Shown: positions 26,479 to 36,502, numbered from the stretch's first letter. The stretch is 64,000 bases of DNA from Promethearchaeota archaeon Loki_b32 (GCA_005223125.1 NJBH01000013.1:32239-96238), one strand, 5' to 3'. Translations and numbers: made by a program. Notes: a model not told the origin generated them from the letters alone.

Positions 26479-27314
26479 TCAAGGTAAACCTGCACCAGGT
26501 ACTTCAACTTTAACATATTCTATACTTCCATTTGTTCTTTCTTTGGTTGCTGTACAAATGAAAAGTATATCTCTATCGGGGCCACCCAACATACATGCAA
26601 AAACATCTCTAGTAATTTTAACTTTATGAGTAATTTTACCACCTTCAAGGATACGTACAACTCTACCTCTTCCTGGAGCAGCAGCCCAAATTGCTCCTTC
26701 AGCATCTAAACATATGCCATCAGGTGCTATAGATTTTAGATTAGCCCAAATTCTTCGATCTGCAAGAGAGCCATTATCCATAATGTTGAAAGCTGTAAGT
26801 CTAGTGGCAAATATTTCGGCAACAATAAGAGTCTTATCATCTGGAGTAATAACAGTTCCATTCGGGAAAGCCATATTATCAGCAACAATCCTGGCATCTC
26901 CTTGTGGGTTACGAGAATTATTTCAGCAGGAGCAAAAGGTTTAGTATTGAAATAATCAAAACCAAAATTACATATGTAGGCTCTACCTTCTTTATCTACT
27001 ACCATATCATTCAAGTGGAAGGACGCGAGTCTACTTAAATCGGCTACTTCAGTAAGACCATCAGGATCAAGACGAAGTAATCGGTGATTTTCCATTGAAG
27101 TAACTAATAACCTTCCATCAGGAAGCCATCCCAACCCGGAAGGTCGATTAGGTATTTCTATTATTACATCTGAATTACCATTGAGATCAACGGTCATTAC
27201 CTTATGGGCCTCCATATCAGAAAACCAAAGCTTATCATCATGCCAACGTGGACTCTCTGCAAAATCTAAACCTTCCAGAAGCATTTTTGTTTCTAAAAAT
27301 ACCATTATTCTCAC
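26479..27314 (-). pseudogene. SMP-30/gluconolactonase/LRE-like protein, frameshifted
   Basis: Two overlapping ORFs (26736..27314 and 26479..26874) together encode one beta-propeller protein (EGLDFAESPRW...PSGLGWLPDGRLLV ... NMAFPNGTVITPDDKTLIVAE...PDGICLDAEGAIW). The frame switches near 26909-26910 (GTAACCCACAAGG), where one extra A would restore ..ILVNPQGDARIVADN... GC content is visibly higher than in the surroundings. Confidence 0.8.
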
Positions 27315-27323
27315 AATTTTTGA

Positions 27324-27563
27324 TTATGGTTCAAATTTTTTGTCATGTATGACTTTATCTATTGCCTTTAATGTAGCATCTTCCCAATTATCATCAGGAT
27401 CGATACTTTCACAGCAATCAGGGCACCAATCTTCAGGATAACCACTATCGAAATCATCACCTTCCATATCACCATTTAAAGTGCTCCCACAATAAAGGCA
27501 GGTACCATTCTCGTAATTTTCGACGATCTCTAAAATTAACTCAATTTTTTTTTTTAAATTCAT
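27324..27563 (-). CDS. Small acidic Cys-containing protein, hypothetical
   Basis: 79 aa. CLYCGS...CPDCCES suggests a zinc ribbon. The protein is very acidic. Confidence 0.45.
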   Translation of the reverse strand: MNLKKKIELILEIVENYENGTCLYCGSTLNGDMEGDDFDSGYPEDWCPDCCESIDPDDNWEDATLKAIDKVIHDKKFEP

Positions 27564-27632
27564 TTTTAGATATGAAGTTTAATTTAAAATATAATAAAAT
27601 AAGACAAAAAATAATATAAGTATTGCATAAAA

Positions 27633-27965
27633 TTATACAATACACAAACTTACTTCTTTTAACCTTTTTTCGGCATCACTTACAATATTATAAATAATAT
27701 CTTGAACACTATTAATAGAGCTAATTAATCCGATACTTTGACCTAAAAGAACAACTCCATCATCAATATTACCTTCATAAGTCATTTCATAATGCTTTTG
27801 ATCCTCTATTACCATCTTAGGAGTAATTTGAGCCTCTAATGCTATTTTTTCTTCTTTACTTTTTACAACGCCATGATCTAATGAATACTTATTTTTCCAA
27901 AGTCGTATTGGGCCCAAGACTCCAGTAACCCATAATGTGTCGTTTGCCTCTGCAGAAGATTTCAA
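27633..27965 (-). pseudogene. C-terminal fragment of a nitronate monooxygenase/FabK-like gene (relic paralogue of 49722..50774)
   Basis: GPIRLWKNK...SKEEK...YEMTYEGNIDDGVVLLGQSIGLISSINSVQDIIYNIVSDAEKRLK aligns with the last ~110 aa of 49722..50774 (GPARVWKNK...LEMTYEGNVEDGTVYLGQSTGLVDRLESVSEIINRIVNDAEHCLK). The TIM-barrel N-terminal part is absent. Confidence 0.7.
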
Positions 27966-28108
27966 ATTTTCATTTCTAAATATATATATATAAGAATTCC
28001 TATTTTGTTTTTATAAATTAAAAAATTACATATCATACACTTCTATTTTAAAAGCCAGAACAATTACTATTGAAGTTTTTTAATAATTTTTTCTAGGCGA
28101 TTAAATAA

Positions 28109-29284
28109 TTGGACACCACTGTTAATATAAAAATATCTGTTCTTGGAGATGGAGAAGTTGGTAAAACTTCTATTATAAATGCATTCTTAGGAGAAGAAAT
28201 ACCAGATAGATATATGCCTACTATTGGTACTATAACACATAGGAAAGATTATAGAATAAAAGATTTAGAAAAAGTTATAAGCATAACGCTATGGGATGCA
28301 GGAGGACAAAAGTCATTTAATCCTTTTAATCCAACGGTATACAGCGATGTAGATGGAGCTCTTTTAGTCTTCGATTTAACAAAGCCAAAGGAAACATTAA
28401 TAAATTTAAAAAAAGAATTTTTAGAGAATACAAATCGTTATTCTGAAGAAGTTTTGATACTTTATATTGGAAATAAATTAGATCAACTTTCGAACGATAA
28501 ACAAGTTAAAGCTTCATTAAAAGATAATATGACGAAAAGAGATAATTTATTTCTAATTTCCGCCAAAACCGGTGAAGGTGTTAAAGAATGCTTTGAATTA
28601 TTGATTTATACATTTCTAAGAAAAGCAGAAATAATAGACCCTGACAAAGTTCCTACTAACACTGCTGAAAGATTTCTGAATTTAATTGGTATGGATGAAA
28701 AGAAATTAAAAGCTCATTTAGTAAATTTAACTAATTTAGAAACTGCTTTTCAAAAAATTAAACCAAAAACTAAAGTTAAAAAGGAAATTGCAGTTGAAAA
28801 AGAAAATAAGGATTTAAAATACTTTGAATTTCTTAAAGAGCAATTGCAAAAGAATGAAATTCAAAAAAATGATGTGTTTGATCAATTCTTAATAAACATA
28901 TCTGAACTTGACAGAACAATTAAACATTTAAAAAAATCGCAATCTAAATCAGTTAAAGAATTAGTCGATAACTTAAAAGAATTTTTAATTACAGCAAAAA
29001 TAGATTTTGAAAAGAATGTTGATTTAATAAGAAAGTTAAATTTAGAAGAATTTGAATTAGTAAAAATAATATTCAAAACAAAAGAAGAAGCATCAAATCC
29101 AGAAAGGAAAGAAATAAAAATTAAAAATAAAGAGGATAAGAAGAACATCAAACCTCAAGAAAAATTATACACTTTATATGAGAAAGAAAACCCAGGTAAA
29201 AAAGCTCTGTGGAGAAGTAAAGAAACTAAAGATTATAAAACCTGGAAAGAAAAATATGGACAAATTATGAATATCTCAAAATAA
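28109..29284 (+). CDS. Ras-superfamily (Rab/Arf-like) small GTPase with ~210-aa coiled-coil/basic C-terminal extension
   Basis: All five G motifs are present: G1 GDGEVGKT, G2 PTIGT, G3 WDAGGQ, G4 GNKLD and G5 SAKTG. TTG start preceded by AGGCGAT plus 7 nt. Confidence 0.85.
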   Translation: MDTTVNIKISVLGDGEVGKTSIINAFLGEEIPDRYMPTIGTITHRKDYRIKDLEKVISITLWDAGGQKSFNPFNPTVYSDVDGALLVFDLTKPKETLINLKKEFLENTNRYSEEVLILYIGNKLDQLSNDKQVKASLKDNMTKRDNLFLISAKTGEGVKECFELLIYTFLRKAEIIDPDKVPTNTAERFLNLIGMDEKKLKAHLVNLTNLETAFQKIKPKTKVKKEIAVEKENKDLKYFEFLKEQLQKNEIQKNDVFDQFLINISELDRTIKHLKKSQSKSVKELVDNLKEFLITAKIDFEKNVDLIRKLNLEEFELVKIIFKTKEEASNPERKEIKIKNKEDKKNIKPQEKLYTLYEKENPGKKALWRSKETKDYKTWKEKYGQIMNISK

Positions 29285-29301
29285 ATTAAAGGTGATAAAA
29301 A

Positions 29302-30174
29302 ATATCTGAAGAAGTATCTGGAAAAGATTTTCAGAAATTAAAGGAGCAAGTAAATAAACTTAGTCAAAAATTAGATGATCAGTTAAAAAAATCCGAACAA
29401 AAAACGAATGAGCAGATAAAATCACTTGAACTAGCTCGAAATGAACAAGTTAATAATCTCGAAGAAACTTTAACTGATAGATTTAATAAATTAGAACAAA
29501 AAACAAAAGATCAGTTCACACAATTAGATAAGAAAATAATAGGGCAAGGAAATACAATTAATAAGAAAATTGAAGATTTAGCAAACATGTTTGAAGGAGA
29601 ATTAAAGGAGAAATTTACAAATTTAAATAATAAATTAGAGGAGAACTTCAAAACACTTAACCAAGAAATAGAAAATAATTTTAAAGTAATAACTCAAAAA
29701 TTAAATGAAAATGTTAATGCTCTAGAAGAAAAAATAGGATCTCTATTAGGTAGAATAAAATCTGTAGAAGAAGATTTTTCAACTAAGTTGAAGATCCTCA
29801 ATGAAGATTTCGAGATCAAAGAAGAAGTACTTAGAGATATATTTAAAAAATTCGAAACTGATAATACAGAATTCAAGAATAATCTTAAACCTGTGTTGGA
29901 GACCCTTAAAAGTCAACAAGATTTAGTTAAAATAACTCTTGACGTGCAAAAAAAACAAATACACGAAAGTGCCAAAGAATGGATCAATGATGAAATAAAA
30001 TTAGCTTGTAAAAACAAAGAAAGAGAAATTCTTATGAATTTATGGATTGATGAACTGAAAGAAATAATTGACAATTTAGATAAATTAAAAGAAATGCACC
30101 CAAAAGAATTAAAGCTTCATATTAATGAAATTTCAAGCGTTATCGGATTATTTAAACAGAAGTTTATAAAATAA
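29302..30174 (+). CDS. Coiled-coil protein (heptad/11-mer-like repeats); probable ATA start
   Basis: The frame is open from 29299. The repeat pattern (xxLxxKLxxQxK) continues for 95 codons upstream of the first ATG (29587). ATA at 29302 is preceded by GGTGAT plus 5 nt. It lies 17 nt downstream of the GTPase stop. Confidence 0.65.
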   Translation: MSEEVSGKDFQKLKEQVNKLSQKLDDQLKKSEQKTNEQIKSLELARNEQVNNLEETLTDRFNKLEQKTKDQFTQLDKKIIGQGNTINKKIEDLANMFEGELKEKFTNLNNKLEENFKTLNQEIENNFKVITQKLNENVNALEEKIGSLLGRIKSVEEDFSTKLKILNEDFEIKEEVLRDIFKKFETDNTEFKNNLKPVLETLKSQQDLVKITLDVQKKQIHESAKEWINDEIKLACKNKEREILMNLWIDELKEIIDNLDKLKEMHPKELKLHINEISSVIGLFKQKFIK

Positions 30175-30304
30175 TACTCTTTTCAAATTTTATAGAAGGG
30201 AACTTTTAAATTCTAAAATAATTTAGAAACTGTTTTTTAAATAGTTATAACTATTTCTAAATAATTATTGCAAAAGTAATTTAAAAATGCTCAAATGATA
30301 AAAA

Positions 30305-31264
30305 ATGAGCCCTGATATTATTTCTCTAGGGGAACTATTAGTCGAAATTATGCGTCCCGAAAAGGATATCTACCACGGGGTGCTTGGAGCTACTTATCGA
30401 GGTCCATTCCCTAGTGGAGCACCAGCAATATATATCGATTCTGCCGCTCGAATGGGTAAAAAATTTCATTTAACTGCGGGATTTATTGGAGTAGTTGGTA
30501 ATGATGAATTTGGAAAATGCATAATTGAGAAATTAAAAAATGATAACATAGATATAACTCATATTAGAATCACACAAGAGTTAACTACTGGAATAGCATT
30601 CAATCAATATAATTCCGATGGTTCACGTAAATTTATTTTTGCTAAAGGAGCTGCAGGAGAAACCTCTCCGCATGATATTAAACCAGAATATTTCAAAGAT
30701 ATTAAAAATCTCCATATCATGGGAAGTGCTCTTTCTATTAGTAAGAAATCTCGAGATGCATGTTATAACGCAATTCAAATAGCAAAAGATATGAATCCAG
30801 ATGTGTTAATATCATTTGATCCAAATTTTAGACCCGAAATGTTAGATATTGAAACCATTTTAGAGATTAGTTTGCCAGTTTTAGCAACAACCTCAATTTT
30901 ATTTCCTAGTGGAGAAGAAGCGGAAATGCTTGCAAGAATAAAAGGACCAAAAAGAGCTTGTCAAAAATTGCTTGAAATGGGACCACAGATTATTGTATTA
31001 AAACAAGGAAAAGAGGGGTGTACCCTCTTTACCCCTGATAAACATGAAGGAAAAAGGGTAAAAGGTTTTAAAGTGAATGAAATAGATCCTACTGGAGCAG
31101 GAGACTCTTTTGGAGGTGCTTTTATCATAGGATTATTAGCAGGTTGGGATTTGGAAAAAATTGCCACTTTTGCAAATGCTGTAGGAGCCCTCAAGGTTGA
31201 GTTTTTTGGTCCTATGCCTAATACTTCATTTGAAGAGGTTATTGAATTAATAGAAAAGATTTAA
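30305..31264 (+). CDS. PfkB-family sugar kinase (ribokinase/KDG kinase-like)
   Basis: Contains the DPTGAGDSFGGAF ATP/anion-hole motif, an N-terminal GELLVE, and the FDPNFRP motif. Confidence 0.9.
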   Translation: MSPDIISLGELLVEIMRPEKDIYHGVLGATYRGPFPSGAPAIYIDSAARMGKKFHLTAGFIGVVGNDEFGKCIIEKLKNDNIDITHIRITQELTTGIAFNQYNSDGSRKFIFAKGAAGETSPHDIKPEYFKDIKNLHIMGSALSISKKSRDACYNAIQIAKDMNPDVLISFDPNFRPEMLDIETILEISLPVLATTSILFPSGEEAEMLARIKGPKRACQKLLEMGPQIIVLKQGKEGCTLFTPDKHEGKRVKGFKVNEIDPTGAGDSFGGAFIIGLLAGWDLEKIATFANAVGALKVEFFGPMPNTSFEEVIELIEKI

Positions 31265-31616
31265 TGATAAATATGTCAATTAGCTCTGGTAAATTAATTC
31301 AGAGAAGAACTCTGGAATTTTGTAAGACATTAGAAAATTGGGTACTAAAAACGCAATAAAGTTTTACTGTTATCTTTCAATCCGGTCAAAAGACACAATA
31401 ACCCCATTTTTAGAGATTAAATGAATTAAAAAAATATAATTTACCATTTAAACCATTTTCATTTATAAAGTTATTCATTTATTTTGTCCTAATACCTAAA
31501 TATTAAAGAGAAAAAATCAATATTTAAATATCTGGACTTTCTCTATTTCTTAAGAATCAAATTTGATGAGCAAAATAATGTTCTATTTGTATCGACATCT
31601 ATTTGAACAAAAAAGA

Positions 31617-31632
31617 TTTTGCAATTGCAAAA
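31617..31632. promoter_or_regulatory. Perfect 16-bp palindrome TTTTGCAATTGCAAAA upstream of the coiled-coil membrane protein gene
   Basis: Checked base by base. It lies 72 nt upstream of ATG 31704, inside a 439-bp intergenic region. Confidence 0.3.
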
Positions 31633-31703
31633 ATTAATTAAATTTTCATATTCTAATTCTATATTATAAATTTTCATAATCCAATAATCATAAACCTAGA
31701 AAA

Positions 31704-33158
31704 ATGACTGAAGAGCTTAACGGAGAAGAAAAAGAAGGTAAATCGGATAAAGAAACTGTTAGAGTAGATAAGGAATTTTTATCTAAAGCTAAAAATTCAA
31801 GAGACATGATTGATAAAGAATTAAGAAAGTTTGAGAATAGCATTGAAGATATATCTGAAACTATAACAAATGGAGAAACAGTAGAGGAAAAAGAGATAGA
31901 GAAGAAAGCAATGGAGAAAATTAGTGAAGAAACAAAAGAAGCACAAATGAAGCTAAATGATATACAAAAAAAAATAGATGATAAAGAAGAATATCTTACT
32001 GCGATTGAAGAGACTATAAAACAGCTTGAAGAAAAATATAATCATAATACTGAAGAATTGACTAATTTGGATGATAGATTAGCTATAACGAAAGAAAGTA
32101 AAGAGAATTTAGAAGAGGAATATATGGAGCTATTGAAAAATAATGAACAATTAGTAAAAGCATATGAAACAAGACAAGTGGACTTAATTGTACTTACTGA
32201 TTCAATAAAAGAGAAAATTGCTAATCAAGATGATCTCCGTAATAAAATTGCAAAATGGAATCAAGGAATCCAAGAAAAAGAAGATATTCTAAATAAACAA
32301 AGAGAAGACTCAGAAACATTAGAAAAAAAATTAAAAAGTCAGCGAGCTGAAAACGATACTTTAAAAGTATCAATTCTTAAAAATAAAATTGAATTGGAGC
32401 ATTCTAATTCTGAAATTGAAGCAAAAGAAGAGGAGAAGAACCTATTAAACGAACAAATTGAGAAAAAAGAGAAAAGAATTAAGGAGATTGAGATTAATCT
32501 CGAAGAATACAAAGAAGGATTTCCTGAAATGGAAAAACAAAGAGCAACATATGAAGAACTTCTTGCTAAATATAAAATACAACTTTCAGATAAACAACAA
32601 CAAATGATAGATATTGAATCTCGAATACAAGGATTAAATGATACAACAAATTCTATGATTGAGCAAATTATAACAAAAGAAAATCTAATAGAAGCTAATG
32701 AAAAAAGACTAGTGGAATTAAAACAAGATATTGAAACATCAAATACCGAATATATAGAACGAGAGCAACGATTAACTTCTTTGAATGAAAAACTTCAACG
32801 TGCAGAAGTAGATCATGAAAAATTAAGTAAAGCAAAAGAAGCAATTGAAAACAGCACCAATGATTCTAGGGTAATCTTACAACGACTAAAAGTAGAATTA
32901 GAAAGTCAGGAGAAAGAGATTAGAGATAAGGAAAGCCGAATTCATAGATTAGAAGTCCTATCGGCTATTTATCGAGCTTCCAAATTTTTTGGTGGTATTT
33001 TAATTGGTATGGGAATTTTTTTCGTAATCTATGCTATGGGTGTGTTTTATAATTTTATTGATTTAGGTGATTTAAGTGTCTATTTGATGGGTTTATTCTT
33101 ATTAATTGGTGCTATATTAGCGATTATTTCAGGAATATTCCATTTAGAAAAATCGTAA
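31704..33158 (+). CDS. Long coiled-coil protein with two C-terminal TM helices (tail-anchored)
   Basis: About 420 aa of E/K/L/I-rich heptad-like sequence are followed by FFGGILIGMGIFFVIYAMGVF and LMGLFLLIGAILAIISGIF. Confidence 0.8.
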   Translation: MTEELNGEEKEGKSDKETVRVDKEFLSKAKNSRDMIDKELRKFENSIEDISETITNGETVEEKEIEKKAMEKISEETKEAQMKLNDIQKKIDDKEEYLTAIEETIKQLEEKYNHNTEELTNLDDRLAITKESKENLEEEYMELLKNNEQLVKAYETRQVDLIVLTDSIKEKIANQDDLRNKIAKWNQGIQEKEDILNKQREDSETLEKKLKSQRAENDTLKVSILKNKIELEHSNSEIEAKEEEKNLLNEQIEKKEKRIKEIEINLEEYKEGFPEMEKQRATYEELLAKYKIQLSDKQQQMIDIESRIQGLNDTTNSMIEQIITKENLIEANEKRLVELKQDIETSNTEYIEREQRLTSLNEKLQRAEVDHEKLSKAKEAIENSTNDSRVILQRLKVELESQEKEIRDKESRIHRLEVLSAIYRASKFFGGILIGMGIFFVIYAMGVFYNFIDLGDLSVYLMGLFLLIGAILAIISGIFHLEKS

Positions 33159-33196
33159 TATGTTAAATTCTTTCAATAATATTTTAATTTTTAAAT

Positions 33197-35119
33197 TTGG
33201 ACATTAATTATACGATAAAATTGACTGAAAAAGAGCAAAAACAAATTCCCCCAACAAGAACAGTTGGATTATTGACAGGAATTTTGTATGGGATCGGATG
33301 TGGAATTGGAGGTTCAATATTTATCCTTTTAGGTTCAGCAATACGTGACGCAGGAGCAGGCGTATTAATAAGTCTTATTCTAGGCGGAATTTTAATATTT
33401 ATCACAGCTCTAAATTACAGTGAATTATCTACTAGTCTACCGGTATCTGGAGGAGCTTATAACTTTAGTAAAGAAGCACTAGGAGGTTTTTTAGCTTTTA
33501 TAATTGGTTTTTTTTTATGGATCGCAAACATAGCAACGTTCTCATTTTCTACTCAAGCTTTTTCTATTGTAATTGAAGCTTTTTTTCCTTTACCATTTGT
33601 TAAATACTTATTTATACCAATAACAATTATACTGATTCTTTTTACTGCGATAGTAGTGTTCAGAACCCAAAAATTAGCGTTAAGAACTCTTGTTTATTTA
33701 ACAATCATCTTATTAATAATCTTTGGAATTTTTATTTTTTCAGGAATTTTTATTGCTCCTACAACCAATATTTCTGGATATGATCCAAGTTTTCTACTCG
33801 CTGACATTAACTTCTTTTATGTTATTACTATGTTTTCAACATTATTCATTTTTTTTACAAGTATCACCTCAAATATCGCTTACTTAAATGCAGATTTTAA
33901 AAACCCATCAAAAAATATTCCCAAAACTAATATTTTTGCTATTTTAATAACATTACTAATTTACTTATCCATGACAATCGTAGTATTGATCAATATTGGT
34001 TCTAATACAAAAGGATTAGATGAATCTCCACTCTTGTTAGCCTTAGTAATGAATGATATATTAGGTTTTCCTGGGTATTTATTAATGGGAATTGCAGCGG
34101 CTATTTCAACATTTATAGCAATGAATGCCGCATTGGGTTCTGCTGTAGCTGTAATGTATGCTCTCGCAAGAGATCACTATATATCAAAAAGATTTTTAAA
34201 AGTAAGTAAAAAAAAAAAAGTACCTACTTTAGTAATAATAGTAACAACAGCAATTGCGATACTTTTTACCATTTTGGCAATAATTTATGCAAATATTGGA
34301 TTTACAGCGAACATCACAACATTTATTTATTTCATTGGATTAGCTTTTGTAAATTTTGCTGCTGTCCTTCTAAGATATAAAAGAAAAGAATTAGATCGTC
34401 CCTTTAAAGCACCATTTTTTCCCTATTTACCCATAATTGTTGGTACTAGCTGTTTAATTTTAGCTTTTGTATTAAGTGCAACAAATATTAACGCTGTAAT
34501 TCTTGGTTTAATTTTTCTATTTATTGGAGTTACTTATTATTTTTTAACAATAACCGATCGCCATTCAATTACGTTAACCTTAGCGGGTTTAAAGTTTTTT
34601 GCAATACTTCTCGTTGGGATTTTTATTTGGGTGATAAATAATCTAAGTATTGTAAGCTCTACGATAGATGGATTTACTTCCATTTTCTCTTATGTTTTAT
34701 TAAGAATATTGATATTCTTTTGTATTTTTATAATTGGCACTATTTTTTTTGACATTGTACCTCTTAAAGAATTAGTATATTTTTTTATAAGAAGAATCAA
34801 TAAGGATGAAGTAGCTATAGATATTGGAATTGGCCGAATTATAGAATTGAAAAAAAGTAAAGCAAGACTCATTTATTATACTAACAACATTATAGATATT
34901 GTTCAAATTTCATGTTCAATTTTCATCTTTATACTAGTATCATTATTTACTATGGATATTTTATCAATAGATACTATTACTTTTGGAAATACTGTGGTAT
35001 CTCAAAAAACCAGTGAATTTTTATTTTTGGCAATTTTAATTTTTCTTAGTACAATTCTATTGTTTAGTGGCTCTTTTAGTCTGTATTTAAATAAAGAAAC
35101 AAAAACGTTAGGAATTTAA
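33197..35119 (+). CDS. APC-superfamily amino acid/polyamine permease with extra C-terminal TM region
   Basis: The N-terminal GIGCGIGGSIF motif and about 12 TM helices are typical of APC permeases. An additional ~190 aa carry 4-5 further hydrophobic helices. TTG start. Confidence 0.8.
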   Translation: MDINYTIKLTEKEQKQIPPTRTVGLLTGILYGIGCGIGGSIFILLGSAIRDAGAGVLISLILGGILIFITALNYSELSTSLPVSGGAYNFSKEALGGFLAFIIGFFLWIANIATFSFSTQAFSIVIEAFFPLPFVKYLFIPITIILILFTAIVVFRTQKLALRTLVYLTIILLIIFGIFIFSGIFIAPTTNISGYDPSFLLADINFFYVITMFSTLFIFFTSITSNIAYLNADFKNPSKNIPKTNIFAILITLLIYLSMTIVVLINIGSNTKGLDESPLLLALVMNDILGFPGYLLMGIAAAISTFIAMNAALGSAVAVMYALARDHYISKRFLKVSKKKKVPTLVIIVTTAIAILFTILAIIYANIGFTANITTFIYFIGLAFVNFAAVLLRYKRKELDRPFKAPFFPYLPIIVGTSCLILAFVLSATNINAVILGLIFLFIGVTYYFLTITDRHSITLTLAGLKFFAILLVGIFIWVINNLSIVSSTIDGFTSIFSYVLLRILIFFCIFIIGTIFFDIVPLKELVYFFIRRINKDEVAIDIGIGRIIELKKSKARLIYYTNNIIDIVQISCSIFIFILVSLFTMDILSIDTITFGNTVVSQKTSEFLFLAILIFLSTILLFSGSFSLYLNKETKTLGI

Positions 35120-35146
35120 AAGAAAAAAAAAAAATCTATTTGAAAA

Positions 35147-35872
35147 ATGCCATTTCCAAAAATAAATCTGCATATTCATTCGAATTATTCTGATGGAAAA
35201 CAAACCATCAATCAAATTGTAGATAAGGCAATTAAATTAGAATTAGACTATATTGCGATAACAGATCACTTTACTAACTCATGGAAAGCGTGGTTTTCTA
35301 CTTTAAATAATAATGAAACCATTTCAAAATATTTGGAAGAACTATCAAGTTATCAAAGATATTTAATAAATAATAATAACCATTTAAGACTTCTCAAAGG
35401 ACTTGAAGTAGATTTAGCAAGTACAGAGAAATTTATTAAAGATTTCATTCAACTTGATAAATTTGATTTAATATTGTTTGAATATCTTCAAAGTTATGAA
35501 ACTGTGGCTTTTTTGAAAAATATTCTTAATTGTTGGAAAAAATCCATAAATAACTTTCCAATTTTAGGTTTAGCTCACTTTGATCCATCTTTTTTTGCAT
35601 ACGGGAATCTTGATCCTTTAATGAATTTTCTTAAAGAATATAATATTTATTTTGAGTTTAACTCTAATTATCCTTCATTTTATTCTCGCAAATATGAACT
35701 ATTTTTCGAAAAATTAAAAGAATATCAAATCCCGGTTGCGATTGGGTGTGATTCTCATAGAACATCTAATTTGATTGATATTGAAGAACCGTTTGAAATG
35801 ATAAAATATTATAATCTTGAGAAAAATTTCGAAATTCTGTTGAAATCTCTAAAATCACTAAAAATTGTTTGA
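35147..35872 (+). CDS. PHP-domain (histidinol-phosphatase-like) metal-dependent phosphoesterase
   Basis: Contains INLHIHSNYSDGK, IAITDH, and later AHFD and CDSH metal-ligand motifs. Confidence 0.8.
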   Translation: MPFPKINLHIHSNYSDGKQTINQIVDKAIKLELDYIAITDHFTNSWKAWFSTLNNNETISKYLEELSSYQRYLINNNNHLRLLKGLEVDLASTEKFIKDFIQLDKFDLILFEYLQSYETVAFLKNILNCWKKSINNFPILGLAHFDPSFFAYGNLDPLMNFLKEYNIYFEFNSNYPSFYSRKYELFFEKLKEYQIPVAIGCDSHRTSNLIDIEEPFEMIKYYNLEKNFEILLKSLKSLKIV

Positions 35873-35886
35873 TTTTAACAAAAGGA

Positions 35887-36297
35887 TTAGCTTTCCAAGT
35901 TGTTTTTACTGACATAATCAAGGAAAAGTTTGAAAGCTTTTTCAAACGCTATATCAACAATTATTTCACTTTTCGTTTTTGGTCGCTTTAACATAGTTTT
36001 CAATATTTTACTTCCAATACAAAATATTTCTTTAACTGTATTTAATTTTTTTCCAATGGGTAATTCTCTAATATCAGCAATGGTTTTATTATTTCTAATT
36101 TGCCACTCTCGTATAGCATTCCAGGTCATAGCTTTTATAGCAATATCCGGAAGTTTTATAATTTCACTTAAAAATCTAGATATCTCTTGGATAATTTTAG
36201 ATTGTTCTGCTGTAAGTTTTACTTTTTCATAAACTTCTTCTGTATCTTTTAAAGCTTCCAAATCAAAATTTATAGTATAAGATAATATAATCCTCAA
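35887..36297 (-). CDS. Hypothetical protein
   Basis: 136-aa ORF with K/E-rich coding-like composition. The hydrophobic ORF on the opposite strand (35930..36232) looks like its shadow. Confidence 0.45.
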   Translation of the reverse strand: MRIILSYTINFDLEALKDTEEVYEKVKLTAEQSKIIQEISRFLSEIIKLPDIAIKAMTWNAIREWQIRNNKTIADIRELPIGKKLNTVKEIFCIGSKILKTMLKRPKTKSEIIVDIAFEKAFKLFLDYVSKNNLES

Positions 36298-36502
36298 CCT
36301 CTGCTATACCAAATATATCATCAAATAATTTTTATTTAAACTTTGATTAAAGCAAAAACTAACAAATTGTAATATTGAATGTTCTCCTTATTGAAAAGCG
36401 ATATTTATCGATTGTTTGTCTGAAAATATCTATATAAAATACTCCTTTTTTTCAACTTTAAAAGAAAAACATTTTAATTTAATTAGGTAGAAATATGTAA
36501 AT

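Noticed and set aside
26520-27441. ORFs 26520..26705, 26714..26944 and 27181..27441, which overlap the SMP-30-like locus
   Set aside because: They are alternative-frame or antisense readings of the frameshifted SMP-30 gene. Only the two frames carrying SMP-30 motifs make biological sense.
27981-27992. (TA)6 microsatellite upstream of the GTPase gene
   Set aside because: Short low-complexity tract, expected by chance in DNA this AT-rich. At most it is part of a TATA-like promoter.
35930-36232. 100-aa hydrophobic plus-strand ORF as a membrane protein gene
   Set aside because: It is entirely antisense to 35887..36297. Its F/I/L/S-rich composition is the typical mirror of a K/E/I-rich coding strand. 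The minus-strand ORF is preferred, though neither has a recognisable family.
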